Assembly: GCF_009914755.1 (NCBI RefSeq)
Contig: NC_060929.1
DNA: 64,000 nt
Reading direction: 5' to 3' (one strand)
Source of the DNA: the human T2T-CHM13v2.0 reference genome, Homo sapiens
Shown: piece by piece, positions 1 through 12,869 of the stretch
Position numbering within the stretch: the stretch's first letter is position 1
Layout: each line of letters opens with the position of its first letter
Notes under the pieces: model-generated
What the model was told of the DNA's origin: nothing
The model's database searches: none
What the model saw: only the letters and a program-made list of their open reading frames with translations
Position numbers and translations under genes: made by a program

Positions 1-339
1 TCACATAGGATGTGCTAAATAATTATTTGTAAAATAATGTAGTAAATGAATTTAATAACTTATTTTAAAAAAAATAAGATTCCCTTTGTGTTTCAGAATA
101 AAATATGCTAAAAAATAAAAATTTAGAACAATTATTTACTATTTTGAGGATAAGTTACAATTAAATGCAGAGTTGAATAATGGGTTCCTTAATTTTGTAT
201 TGATATATTTTCCAGAATTGGGTCTGTGGTAAGCATTAGAAACGTGTTTACTAATATATAATTATTTTACATGCATCATACATAGATAAGTGAAAAATAG
301 ATGGTAAAATTATGTTATGGTTAAATTTTAAAAACATTT

Positions 340-450
340 ATATTTCATATTAAAGAAATTGAAATCCAGTGCTATAAAACAATTTGCCAAGATTATACAA
401 AGCATTTATGACAGAGCAGAGACTAGAACCTAGATGATTTCTTTCTAAAA
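340..450 (-). mobile_element. MIR SINE fragment
   Basis: Degenerate antisense MIR core (aatttgccaagattatacaaagc...agcagagactagaacctagat). Confidence 0.45.
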
Positions 451-792
451 TGAATCATTTATTAAGAAGTGAAGCCTAATGGTTTTGGAAAATAATCCCA
501 CAGTAAAATGTTTATTAAAAAAAGATAGCAACAATAAAAACAAACAATAGTAATTTGAAAAATACTTAGAAATTTAAATGTGATGTATCTGCACTAAAGA
601 TCTTGGCAGAGATCTTTGTCTCCCTACACTAATGTCCTTTCACCCCTTCCATCTTAGTAACAATAACCCTGTACTTCAGAATGTAGTAATGCTCCAAGTT
701 AATAGAATATACATCCCTGTCTCTCTTGTCGGTAGATGTGAAATTGTGACTAATTCTTACTAATCTGATATAAGCAAAAATTGTTCAGTAAG

Positions 793-2222
793 TTTCCTGG
801 TATGTTTGTACTGCTACAACAAGATACCTGAGACTGGGCAATTTACAAAGAACAGAAATTTAATTCTCACGGTATTGGGAAGGTCAACATTGAGGAGCCA
901 GTATCTTGTGAGGGCCTTCTTGTTGTATGCTCCAGAGGGGAGGAACACCGTGTCCTTACATGATAGATTACAGTCTAATAAGTAAAAATAGAAAAAAATA
1001 TATATACATATAGGACAAAGAACATGATTACATGAAAGCATATAATTAAGAGAACGATCATGTTCAGTCTAGTTGGGAGGACGTTTCTGAGCTAGGTTGA
1101 TGTGTCTATAAGCTATCCACATAAAGATAACATAGTAACTATTGCATGCTTGAATCTGGAGTTCAGAGGAGACAGCTAGTTTAGAGATACAACTTTGGAG
1201 GTCATCAGCATATTGATGATATTAAAAACCATGAAACTAGATAGAATCACCTACGAAGTTTGTATACAGACTTTTAAAAATAAATAAATAAAAAAGAGTT
1301 GAACCCAGTGCAACATTAACAGTCAGGCCAAAAGGACAATTCAGTGAAGAACACTGAAAATTAGTGGTGAAAGAAGAGAAAAACAAAAGAGGTGTCTGGC
1401 ATGAAAACCAAGTAAGGTGAGGGTTTCGCGAGGAAGAATGTGTGATCATCTCTTTCAAATGTTCCTGATGATGACTGAAATGAAGCCTGGGAAATGGCCA
1501 CCGGACTTAGCAATGTGGAGGGCCATAAGGTCATTGACAGAGCAGTTGCAGAGAAACGGAGAGAGAGACAAAATCCCTTCACTGAAATCGGTTCAGGAGA
1601 GAAAGGGAGAAAGGAAATTGAGCCCTTCACAAATAGACAACTCTTTCAAGGAATTTTACCATGAGAGGATTTGTGTAATAAGCAGTATCTAGAAATGGCA
1701 TTGAGGTTTGTTTGATTGTTTAAAAGTAGAAAAATAAAATTACCTGCCATGCTAATAACAACTGTGAAAGGGACAAAACAACAACAACAAAAAACAACAA
1801 CAAAACCCAATATATTTGCCATGTGCAAGCTGAATGAATGAGGCTTATTGTGCACATGAAAGGAATGGCTTTTATTTGAATATAGATGATTGACAGTGGA
1901 TGTGTTATAATATAGATACTTGGATTAAAGCGAGAGATATCAAGGATGATGCATTACTGATCTATGTAACAAGACAAAGTGATGTCTTTGTTCTTATTGT
2001 GTCCTTGTTGTATCCTCCAAAGGGGAGGAACACCAAGTCCTTACATGATAGAAAAGAAGAAAAGCTAGCGAACAGCTGTTTGAACCCTTTTCAATGGAAG
2101 TTTTAATCCCATTAATGGGGGAACAGCTATCATGATCAAATCACCTCTTAAAAGGCATCACTCCTAATACCATCACATTGACTACACCTGAGTTTTAGAG
2201 GCGACACATTCAAACCATAGCA
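793..2222 (-). mobile_element. MST-family MaLR LTR (MSTC/MSTD-like), interrupted at 968-2003
   Basis: Starts 'tgtactgctacaacaagatacctgagactgggcaatttacaaagaacagaaattt'; ends 'ctaataccatcacattg...cacattcaaaccatagca'. Confidence 0.75.
968..2003 (-). mobile_element. L2 LINE-derived segment lying inside the MST LTR
   Basis: Antisense L2 hallmarks 'gaatctggagttcagaggaga...tttggaggtcatcagcatattgatgatattaaaaaccatgaaactagatagaatcacc' and 'ggacttagcaatgtggagggccataaggtcattgacagagcag'. Confidence 0.8.
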
Positions 2223-2562
2223 ATGGGACTTCTAGAAATACTCTTTAAGGAAACATGCTGTTTACCCCCACTTTTCATGGTTCTTCCTTCCTGCTTCTTC
2301 AAATGTAGTGGTAATGATACATGTTCCAACAGTTATGTAAGGCCTTGGAACAACTTTGAAACTAAAAGCCATTTGCTGAGGTAGGCAGGGTAGAATAACA
2401 GTTGAAACAAATATTCTTAATGACTTTGTGGAGCCATCCTACCTGCCCTGGATTGCCAAACTTGGGAATTATTTCAGGTAAGAACTAAAGTTTCATATTA
2501 TTCATTCCAATTGATGTAGACATTTCTAAAATCATATAAATGAATAAGTGACAGGTATCTGT

Positions 2563-3106
2563 TACGATGACTAATATTGAATGTCAACTTGATTGCGTTG
2601 AAGGAGGCAAAGTATAGTTCCAGGGTGTGTCTGTGAGGGTGTTGCCAAAGGAGATTAACATCTGAGTCAGTGGACTGGGAGAGGCAGACCCACCCTTAAT
2701 CTAGGTGTACACTATCAAATCAGCTGTCAGTGTGGCTAAGATAAAGCAGGCAGAAGAACCTGGAAGGACTAGATTGGCTGAGTCTTCCAGCCTTCATCTT
2801 TCTCCTGTACTGGATCCTTCCTGCCCTCAAATATTAGACTGCAACTTCTTCTTTGGACTCTTGATCTTACGCCAGTGGCTTACCATGGGTTCTCAGGCCT
2901 TCAGCCACAGACTGAAGGCTGCATTGTCAGTTTCCCTACTTTTGAGGTTCTGGACTCTAACTGGCTTCCTTGCTCCTCAGGGTGCAGGCGGCATATTGTA
3001 GGACTTCACCTTGTGATCGCGTGAGTCAATAATCCTTAGTAAATTCCCCTTCATATATACATCTATCCTATTAGTCCTGTCCCTCTAGAGAACCCTAACT
3101 AATATA
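2563..3106 (+). mobile_element. MLT2A1 solo LTR (HERV-L)
   Basis: 'gtgtgtctgtgagggtgttgccaaaggagattaacatctgagtcagtggactgggagaggcagacccaccc' through 'ccctctagagaaccctaactaatata'; 5-bp TSD TCTGT at 2558-2562 and 3107-3111. Confidence 0.9.
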
Positions 3107-4129
3107 TCTGTTATAAGGTAAAGAGTTGATACAAATGAATATTTTAGAGGATTAAGAATATTTACCAGTTTTTCTTTTTGTTTTTACGTTTATTTTAGCT
3201 CATCACATGTGGAATTACATCATTTGTGTAGAAGAACTTAAGAAAATAAGGTAGACAATTTTCTGTTTCCCAGAGAATGGTCTTTATGTTTGTATTCTAA
3301 ATCTTACTTTAGCACTTTTTGATAAGGATGGAGAAATTACTATAAAAAACAAATGAACATCATAACATTTCAAATATTCATTTATTACACTTAAATTCCA
3401 TGGTTAGCATACTCCTGATTTGCTCATTTTATCTTTATATGCAGACATCATCGTTTCCTTACTTTTATTTTGATTCCTTATTCCTCAACTTCTAGTCTGA
3501 GAAGACAGCATAATTGTCACCATGATGAGCTACTGCAAACATTCATTTGTGTTATTTTAACAAAACTCTCAATGATCAAACAAGGGTACTCCCCTACTGT
3601 GTCTTCACATAAACAATCCAGATAACAGTGTGAGTGAAAACATCAAATTCTATACCAGATGGAAAAAACATAAATTACTTGAATAGAAAAAAGAGCATTG
3701 AAAATTAATACACAAAAAGCAGAAAAAAATTTACTTTCCAATTAGTATTTGAATGACAAAACTTACTTTTTGATTATTGAATATATAACTTCCTGTAGAT
3801 AACAAGAAACACAATATTCTATGCATTTGTTGCTATTATGAGCATGAAAAATCAATCTAAATTTAGTACTACTGTCTCATTTGTGATCCTAAAAATGGTG
3901 TAATAAGTTCAGATAGTCAAGAAAATAATAAACAGGTATATTTACTTTCATATATAAACATGTATCCATAAAGTGTAAGGCATCAATATTAATGTATTAA
4001 ATGTAAAGTTTATTTTAAGTCCAGTCAAATTTTAGAGTAGTGGACAGTTAAGTTTGGGTAATAGGTGTCAAATGTGTTTTGCGAAGAGTGTTTCGAGAAG
4101 AAAAAACATGACATGAAGTCTTCTCTACT

Positions 4130-4240
4130 CATCTTTCATTCAACACATATTGTTTTAGTTCCTACAATTTACCAAATGATATTTCAGGTCCTGGGGAATG
4201 AATCAGTGAACAAGACACCACCTTGTTCTTAAGCCACTTG
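4130..4240 (-). mobile_element. L2 3' end fragment
   Basis: 'cattcaacacatatt...cctggggaatgaatcagtgaacaagaca'. Confidence 0.5.
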
Positions 4241-4849
4241 TAGAACAGTTATTGCCTATGGTAATCAAAGCTAAGACTGAACACAAGACCGAAGTGATGA
4301 CAACACCATACCTCATGGGACGCTACAGCTGAGAGAGCAGCCACAGAAAATGAGATGTGAAGGAGATAAAAATTCAAACACAGACATAGAGGGATTAGTA
4401 AATACCAGGAGGTAGATCAGGGAATTCAAGTGATTCTTACAGGAATGGAGAACATAGTGATTGCACTGAATTTATCAGAATTTCAAAAGTTAAGACAACA
4501 TGAGATGACATCTGTTCACAATTAAAGTTAGTTTACTAGTTTACCCAAATAGCTTTAAAGGTAATAATGTAACATCGATACACTTTTGTATAGAACAAGT
4601 TATTGATCTTTTGTATTAGAAACAATATCAAATTTTTTTTCAGGAAGGTACAACTGTGACTCTAAGGTTTCTTTCAATAGGTTCTACAAATGACGTATTT
4701 ACTAATTTTTATATACATTTTATGATACATTTCTCATAATTCCATGTGACTTTAAGTACTTGCAAAGGAAGTTAAAATTTTAAGTGCCCAGAAACATGAG
4801 AACAGAACTCAATAATGTGGACTTTAAAATTACTACTACAAATAATTAA

Positions 4850-5090
4850 CCAATATTGATTTAATGCTTACAGTATGCCAAGTTCTAAGTGAAGTGCTCT
4901 CTAAATTATCAGCTCATTCTCTTCTCACTACACTCTTATGTAGTCATTATCATAATTGCCCTCACTTATAGATAAAATAGGCTTAAAGAAATTAAGTAAA
5001 CTATCTACATTTATAATACTGCAACATGAGAGACCTGAGTTCTAAGACAGGTGCCGGTCTGTCACCACTATCACTATACTCGATTTTTTT
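4850..5090 (-). mobile_element. MIR SINE
   Basis: 'aatgcttacagtatgccaag...cacttatagataaaataggcttaaagaaattaagtaaact'. Confidence 0.7.
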
Positions 5091-5364
5091 CCCCATTCTA
5101 TAGGATTAAGATAGGCATAAGGGGGAGAATATTCCAGGGAGATTCATTTTTGGGATAATGGAAAATATGCATCAGTGAACCAAAACATTATAAAATTAAT
5201 AATTTAATATTTATTTCATCTCTGTAAATAAATATTTCTGCATTTCACAACATGACAGAATCAACTTTTGCTGAAAATAGTAAGATTTGGATGAGTGAAA
5301 CTTTAATATTCATAGCATATATAAAATATACTTTTTAGTCACCCACTGTGGTATCAAAATTTTA

Positions 5365-5557
5365 AACTTATTGTATATTTCAAAATAGTTAGAAAAGAAG
5401 ATTTGAAATGTTCCCAACACAAAGAAATGATAAATGTTTGAGGTGGTGTATAGTCTAGTTAGCCTGATTTGATTATTATACATTGTATGCATGTATTAAA
5501 ATATCACATGTACCCCATAAATGCGTACAATTATTTTGTATCAATAAACTTTTAAAA
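5365..5557 (+). mobile_element. L1MA-type 3' end (short, 5'-truncated)
   Basis: 'ttgaaatgttcccaacacaaagaaatgataaatgtttgaggtg...atatcacatgtaccccataaat' ending in aataaa. Confidence 0.8.
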
Positions 5558-5718
5558 ACAGGCTTTCCGAGGCCTTAGGAGAATAGTACAAAGACATAGG
5601 ATATTATTCCCAGAGACTACTGATACTGTAGCCAAAGAAACCGAGAGCCAACAATAATAGAAGTAATGCAAGTGTTATTCCAGAAATCCTAACATTCTGT
5701 TAAAAATAAAACACCTGA

Positions 5719-6916
5719 CCATTTGTATATCTTTTTTTTTGACAATTGTCTATTTATGTCCTTAGCCCAATTCTGATGGAATTGTTTGTTTTTTACTTGC
5801 TGATTTGTTTGAATTTCTTGCAGATTCTGGTTATTAGTTCCTCGTCAGATATATAGATTGAAAAGATTTTCTCCCACTCTGTGGGTTGTTGGTTAACTCT
5901 GTTGATTATTTATTTTGCTGTGCAGAAGCTCTTGAGTTTAAGTAAGTCCCATCTATTTATCTTTGTTTTTGTTGCATTTGCTTTTGGGTTATTGGTCATG
6001 AAGTCTTTGCTTAAGCCAATGTCTAGATGTTTATCTTCTAGAATTTTTATGGTTTCAGATCTTATATTTAAGTCCTCGATCAATCTTGAGTTGATTTTTG
6101 CATAAGGTAAGAGATCCAATTTCATTCTTCTACATGTGGGTTGACAATTATCCCAGCACCATTTGTTGAATAGGGTGTCCTTTCCCCACTTTTTGTTTTT
6201 GTTTGCTTTGTCAAAGAACAGTAAGTATTTGGGTGTATTTCTGGGTTCTGTATTCTGTTCCTCAGTACCATGCTGTTTTGGTGACTATGGCCTTATAGTA
6301 CAGTTTGAATGTAAACTAGTACAACCACTATGGAAAACAGTGTGGAGATTCCTTAAAGAACTAAAAATAGAACTACCATTTGACCCAGCAATCCCACTAC
6401 TGGGTATCTACCCAGAGGAAAAGTAGTCATTATGCAAAAAAGATACTTGCACATGCATGTTTATAGCAGCACAATTCACAATTGCACAAATATGGAACCA
6501 GTCCAAATACCCATTAATCAATGAGTGGGTAAAGAAATGGTGGTATAGGTATATACCATGGAATACTCTTATCCACAAAATGGAATACAATAATGACATT
6601 CGCAGCAACCTGGATGAAATTGAAGACCATTATTCTAAGTGAAGTAACTCAGGAATGGAAAACCGAACATCATACGCTCTCACTTATAAGTGAGAACTAA
6701 GCTATGAGGATGCAAAGGAGTAAAAATGATACAATGGACTTTTGGGGTCTCAGGGGAATACATGGGAAGGGGATAAGGCATAAAAGACTGCGTATTGAGT
6801 ATAGTGTACACTGCTTGGGTGATGGATACACTAAAATCTCAGAAATCACCACTAAATAACTTATTCATGTAACCAAACACCACCTCTTCCCCCAAACCTA
6901 TTGAAATTAAAAACAT
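5719..6916 (+). mobile_element. L1PB element with 5' inversion (5719-~6308 antisense ORF2; ~6306-6916 sense 3' end)
   Basis: ORF2 peptides on both strands ([20 protein letters not shown]; [38 protein letters not shown]); L1PB-type 3' UTR; 16-bp TSD AAAATAAAACACCTGA at 5703-5718 and 6917-6932. Confidence 0.9.
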
Positions 6917-8161
6917 AAAATAAAACACCTGAAATAAAGTTTTAGATATGACCTGCAATTTAAATCGTATAAAAGTAGGTGTTCTGAATGCGTGTATTAA
7001 CTTGTAACTGAGCTACCTCTTGTATTGTCAGCACTTGATAATATGTTCCAGAGTGAATAGCATCTTTGTTTTTTGTTTTTTTTTAATTGTTAATTAAAAA
7101 ATGGTTCATGGTTTCCCTTCCCAACTAGGTGATAGGATGGTTGTTCCATTTGTTTAAATATAAAATAATTTAAAAATAGTTGGTAAATATTATCATTGAG
7201 AGTTAATCTCTGTTTCAACAAAAAATAGAATTTTACATTATATTTATCATACTTATTTTTCTGTTCAAAAGCAACAAATAAGTCACAAAAATAATATAAC
7301 AATAAGGAAAAATAATTACATCAATCATAAGAACAACATCTAATGAAAATCCTTACAAGCTGTTGGTGTCTTCTACAATGTATTTGCATGCATATATATT
7401 TATATTTATATAAATGTATTTATCTTTGAGTCTAAAATGAATTTTATATTCACTTTGTGTTTTAGGCTAAAATGGGGTTGGTTATTCTTGTATGGTTAGA
7501 AGAATTGGCTTAAAGGAAAAGTTAAGCTGTATTTTAGCTTCAGTTTTTCCAAGTATCTTTAGTATTTCTCAAGTATATTTCTGAGTAGTGGCTTAAAAGT
7601 TACACGTTATATCAGCATAAGTGGAAAGTTCAGTGAATGCTCCTTTTAAAGATTTGAATTAATGTTTTCATCCATTTTGTTAGCCATACAATTTTTTCAG
7701 TCTTTCTCAGTGAACAAAATATGTGTGAATTTTGTGTGACACTATCAGAAACCATTTAACACCAAGGCTTCTTAAGATACTTGCACAGTAGCAAGTTCTC
7801 ACAAGATATAAAATCTGAGATTGGTGTTAATTGCTCACATTCCAGTAATCTCCATGTCATGACCCTAATGTTAATATTTTAAAAGCGTATAAAAATTCTG
7901 TGCAGCGTTGAGGCAGATAGGGCATTGTGTTTTTCATAAGCTGCAAAACTGTTTTGATAAAGATGATAAATATCTGTATATACATTTATATCAATAAAGT
8001 ATTTTAATGGTATTATTTTGCTGGCAAGAAACTGCAGTTTGAAGAATTACATGGCAAAACAATTGTAAAACTGTTGAGTTATATTAAATAATTATTTATA
8101 TCACAAATATTCAATTGACACTTAAACATCCCTGCAAAAGTCTAATTTTAGGTTCTGGGTG

Positions 8162-9133
8162 TTTTGGGGTTTTATTTTTTCCCAGCTTTATTCGGATATA
8201 AATTAAAAAATGAAAATTATGTGTATTGAAGGTATACAACTTGATTATTTGATATATAGATACATTGTAAAATGATTATCACAATCAAGCTAATTAATAT
8301 ATTCATAACCTAGCAGTAACCTGCATGTTTGTGTATTTGTGCATGTGATGAGAACACTTAAGATCTACTCTCTAAGTAAATTTGAAGTAAACAATATGGT
8401 ATTATTAGCTATAGTCACCATGATGTACATTACATTCCCAGAGCGTATCCATCTTTTAAATGAAAGTTTGTGTGCTTTGACCAACATCTCCCCATCCCCA
8501 CTCCCCAATACCCTTGCAACCACCTTTCTAACCTCTGGTACTATGAGTTCAACTTTTTTAGATTTCACATATGAGTGAGATCACACGATATTTGTCTTTT
8601 TGTACCTGGCTTATTTCACTTAACATAATGTCCTCTTGGTTCATCCCTGTTGTCACAAATGGCAGGAATTTTATATGGCCAAATAAAAATACATTTTATT
8701 ATATGTATATGTATATGTATAAACACAATATCCATACACATATATCACAAAATAAAGACTTAAATATAAGATCAGAAACTTTAAATCTCCTATAATAAAA
8801 CATAAGGGAAAAGTTCCTTGGCATTGGTTTTAGCAATGATTTTTTTTCTTTAATATGATCTCAAAAGCACCAGAAACAAAGGCAGAAAGAAGCTTATAGG
8901 ACAAAAATAAACTTATAGGACTACATCAAACTGAAAAGCTTTTGCACAGGAAATAAAATAATCAACAAAATGAAAAAGGTAATTTAGAGAATGGGAGAAA
9001 ATATTTGCAAACCATATATCTGATAAGGTGTTAAATCCAAAATATACAAGAAACTCATACAACTCAATAGCAAAATCCAAATGACCCGACTAAAACATGG
9101 GCAAAGGACCTGAACAGACATTTTTCCAAAGAG
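8162..9133 (-). mobile_element. L1MA (MA9/MA10-like) with inversion: antisense 3' end ~8162-8700, sense ORF2 piece ~8745-9133
   Basis: 'gtgatgagaacacttaagatctactctct' 3' UTR motif, then sense 'aaagacttaaatataagatcagaaact...gacctgaacagacatttttccaaaga'; candidate decayed TSD TTAGGTTCTGGGTG (8148-8161) / TTAGGTACTGTGTG (9140-9153). Confidence 0.8.
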
Positions 9134-9982
9134 CTTTCCTTAGGTACTGTGTGCTAATTTTTTCATATGCTTTCACTCATCTATGTTTTCTCTTCCTCTG
9201 TCTTTGTCCCTAAAAGATCCCATAATAAAAATCTAGTTGGTGGAGAACACACAAGTATTGTTAGCTATGGAACACATATCTTTATTTTTGATAAAAAGAA
9301 AGTACTGCTGTATTTGTACTTCCAAAGCCACACTTTGTTCAAAGCTTTATGTAAAACACTTTTATTTACCTGATCTTTTAAAGTATCCAATCTTTGTCTT
9401 TATAATTGTGCTGCTTAAGTCCCAGCCTCTTTTTCTGTTCAAGATATGAGGCTATTTCTTTCATTTTTTACAATTACTTACAGTTACCATTTCACTGATT
9501 TTAAACTTTTTTTTCTATATTCACCAAATGAAGTGTTTCCTGTTAAATATTTTTCAAATTTGAGAAACGGTGACTCACTTGGAAAATAAATTTTACTGAA
9601 CGTGTTTTTCAACTTGGTAGAAAGTGCTGCCTTGACTGTGAGTAGTTATCAAAAATACCCTTTAAAATTAAATGACTTTTTGTCCTTAGTCACATTTGAA
9701 TACCTGGAAAAACAACTATTGTTCTTTGAAATATCTGTATTTTTTAACTTAAAAAGCTTACTTGAAACATTTATTTGCATAAAAATAAAGGAGTATATTT
9801 ATAAGTAACTACAGCTGTTATTTGATGAACTTAAAGGAAGCTAAAATTTGCTTCCTTATAGTACACCTAAAAGTTAGAGAGCCATGCACAGCAAGAGGGT
9901 TGGTAAGACATAATGTCATTTTTCATTTGGGTTATTCAAATTCATGTTTTGGTTTCTCTAAATAAAAACTTGAATCATTGCT

Positions 9983-10529
9983 TGACATAGCTTGGATGTG
10001 TATCCCTGTGCAAATCTCATGTTGAAATGTAATCCCCAATGTTGAGGGCGGTGGAGCCTGGTGGAAGCCGATTGGATCATGGGAAAGAATTTCTTATGAA
10101 TGATACACTACCATAACCTTAGTGCTGCCCTCCAGGTAGTGAGTGAATTCTTAGGAAATCTGGTTGCTTAAAAGTGTGTAGCACCTCCTGCTGTCCTGCA
10201 ATGACTCAAACAATGACTCAATTTCCTTTACATTCATCAAATAAGAGTGGTAGTTACTAATAAATGTGCTCTTTTACTCTTTTTTTTCTCTCTGTTGCTT
10301 CTGATTCTACCACAGGACGTGCTTGCTCCCCCTTCATCTTCCACTATGATCATCAGCTTCCTGAGGCCTCCCTGGAAGCTGAGCAGATGTTGGCACCATG
10401 CTTCCTGTAAAGCCTGCAGAACTGCAAGCCAAGTAAACTTCTTTTATAAATTACCCAGTCTCGGGTATTCCTTTATAGAAATAAATAAATGCAAAATGCA
10501 ATCCTATAAATGCAAAAACGGCCTAATAC
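9983..10529 (+). mobile_element. MSTB solo LTR with an internal foreign insertion
   Basis: 'caaatctcatgttgaaatgtaatccccaatgttg'...'ataaattacccagtctcgggtattcctttatag'; TSD TTGCT at 9978-9982 and 10530-10534. Confidence 0.9.
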
Positions 10530-11799
10530 TTGCTCTTAAAAACAAGAGCTATAGCTTTACTAGATTGTTAATTCAATTTTCTTTCACCCCGATGCCCTGC
10601 TTCATTTTCCCATGAAGATGGAGTTGAAACTTTAGTATTATTTTGGCTTCTTTCAAACTACCTTAAGAAGACTAAAAATTCCTAATAATTTAAAGGATAC
10701 CACATTGACAACAGACAAGCCAATTGCAATGGAGTGTGAAGGAAGGAGACACCCTAGAGTTAAAAAATGAGAAAAGGGAAATAGTTGATTGTTGGGAAAG
10801 AGAGGATTTCTTTTTCTTTCTATTCTTGGTTCTAGCGAAGAGCCCTAGTCCTGGTACATTCATTTACTACAATTTTTACATTTGAGAGCTTACTAAAAAT
10901 ATCTCAGCCTTATTTTTCTCATATGAATAATAAAGAAGATATTTCCAAAATATGTCCACCTAATACAATTTTCAAAAGAATAAAACCAGTCCCATTCATG
11001 AAAGTGATTACATAATTAAGAAATTCAGCTTATAATTATTATAGATTTTTTCTATAGTACTGTGAGTAGTTTCTACCCTCACTATCCAGAGAAGATGTCT
11101 ATACAATTATCTGAAATACCACAGAGACATTAAAGTTGGTTAATTAAGAAGTCACATGCATTTCTTTAATACTGTTTTATTAGCTCTTATTTACCACACA
11201 GCACTTCTTAAAATAAAGGAGTTTTCTTCCCTACCTTCGGAGAATTCATTAAAAAAGACTTTATTCATTTTTTGACCTTGTATATTTAGTGATTATTACA
11301 TTACCTAGCATAAAATAGGCCTGGATGCTTTTTTTGTTATGAACAAAAAAAACATGGTTTTTCTCTAAATAAGGGGTAAGCAGATTTCTCATATGTCAAA
11401 ATGGAAAGTGAATAAAACCATAGATGATAGAAATCAGATTATATCTCAGGTTGAATATTTCAGTGGCCAAACTTATGTGAGTATGCAAAAAAACACAGAC
11501 TCATAAAAAGAATCTACTACAACCAAAATCCCAATTTTTTTCAATAGAAAAACAAGGTTCCAAAAAAATGTGTTTCCAAATAAATTATCCAGTAACAACT
11601 GTGGAATTTTTATTTGACAAAACATATTTTATGTTTGATAAATGTAAAATGAAGCTACTAATCCAAGGCATTTAAACATTTATCAATAACAAAAGAATCA
11701 ACATACATGGCACCAAAATGTAGTAAAATGAAAAACATTTTATGCAGAAGCATAATGTGCATATATATGAAAATGTGTAGTATAGGTAACTGTACTCAT

Positions 11800-12830
11800 T
11801 AATATCAAGTTTAGGTTCATCTAAGGTCCCTCAAGTATCATCTAGGTAAAAGGCATTCAAGTCATAAGATATATTTAGGTGATGATCAACAAATCCATTA
11901 TGGTGGTCAATAGTAAGGTGAGGACAGATGCTGGAGGTGAAAATGGGTATTTAAAAAACCAACAGAAAAATGGGTATATTTATAAGCAATTGACTATTGG
12001 AAGATAGTAGAAGTTGTAAGAATTATTTAGAATATTATGTGAGTGACTGGGGAGCTATCTATGCTACTCATAGATAGCTACTCATAGTATCTATGCTGCT
12101 CAAAAAGGGAAATAGGCAAGGACAACACAGAGCAGAAAACCTGCAGAAACTTCAATTAATCAGTTTTAGACCTATTTAAATAAATGTGTGGAAATGGCAG
12201 TGAATATCCTTCTGCAATGCAATTAGGCAATTATAAATTTGTATCTGTTCAGGAATGATATAAATCCTGGATTTTATTGTCATTGGCATAATGGTGAGTG
12301 TTTCTAGAACACATAGACTGAGCAAAAGAATAGAAAATAACCTAGCAAGAGTTTTGGAAATCACAAATAGGAATGTGACACATAAAGTCCATATAGAGAG
12401 AACAATCAACATCATAGCAGTAAAAAAATCAAAGAATCTGCAATACTTTGCAGCATCACAGAAACATAGGCAGACAGAATTTTAAGGTTGACCAGAGAGC
12501 AAAATGTACCACTCTTAAATTAGATGTAGAGGCTACAGAAAATGTTTCGTTTGGCCATAAGAAAAAAAAAAGTAGTGAATTATGAAATGAAATGGGGAGT
12601 GAAGAAGCAGCAGCAGAAGTTTTGAAGTTCGTTTTTCTTTTATTTTTTGTAAGTTTGCTAGGGAGGTTGAGGCCATTATTGACTAAAAATCGGAGAGGAG
12701 AAGACTTTTACCAAAAGAATGACTAAACATGATGGCGAGTGAAATAAACAAGTGGAAAATGAAAAATTGAAGATACAAGAGAAAGTGATAGGCAGGAACA
12801 TATGTGATCAAATGCTAAAGTGGTAATTAC
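11800..12830 (-). mobile_element. Highly diverged L2 fragment
   Basis: Purine-rich antisense L2-like composition and motifs; boundaries uncertain. Confidence 0.4.
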
Positions 12831-12869
12831 TAAATATAGTAATTTGGTACTGGAAAGAAGAGAAGAGTA

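Larger units (their letters stand above)
650..2520 (+). mobile_element. Old MaLR LTR (MLT1J-like), split by a nested MST LTR (pieces ~650-792 and ~2223-2520)
   Basis: MLT1-type blocks 'tagatgtgaaattgtgactaattc...tgatataagcaaaa' on the left and 'gggacttctagaaa...tgactttgtggagccatcctacctgccctggattgcc' on the right. Confidence 0.55.
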
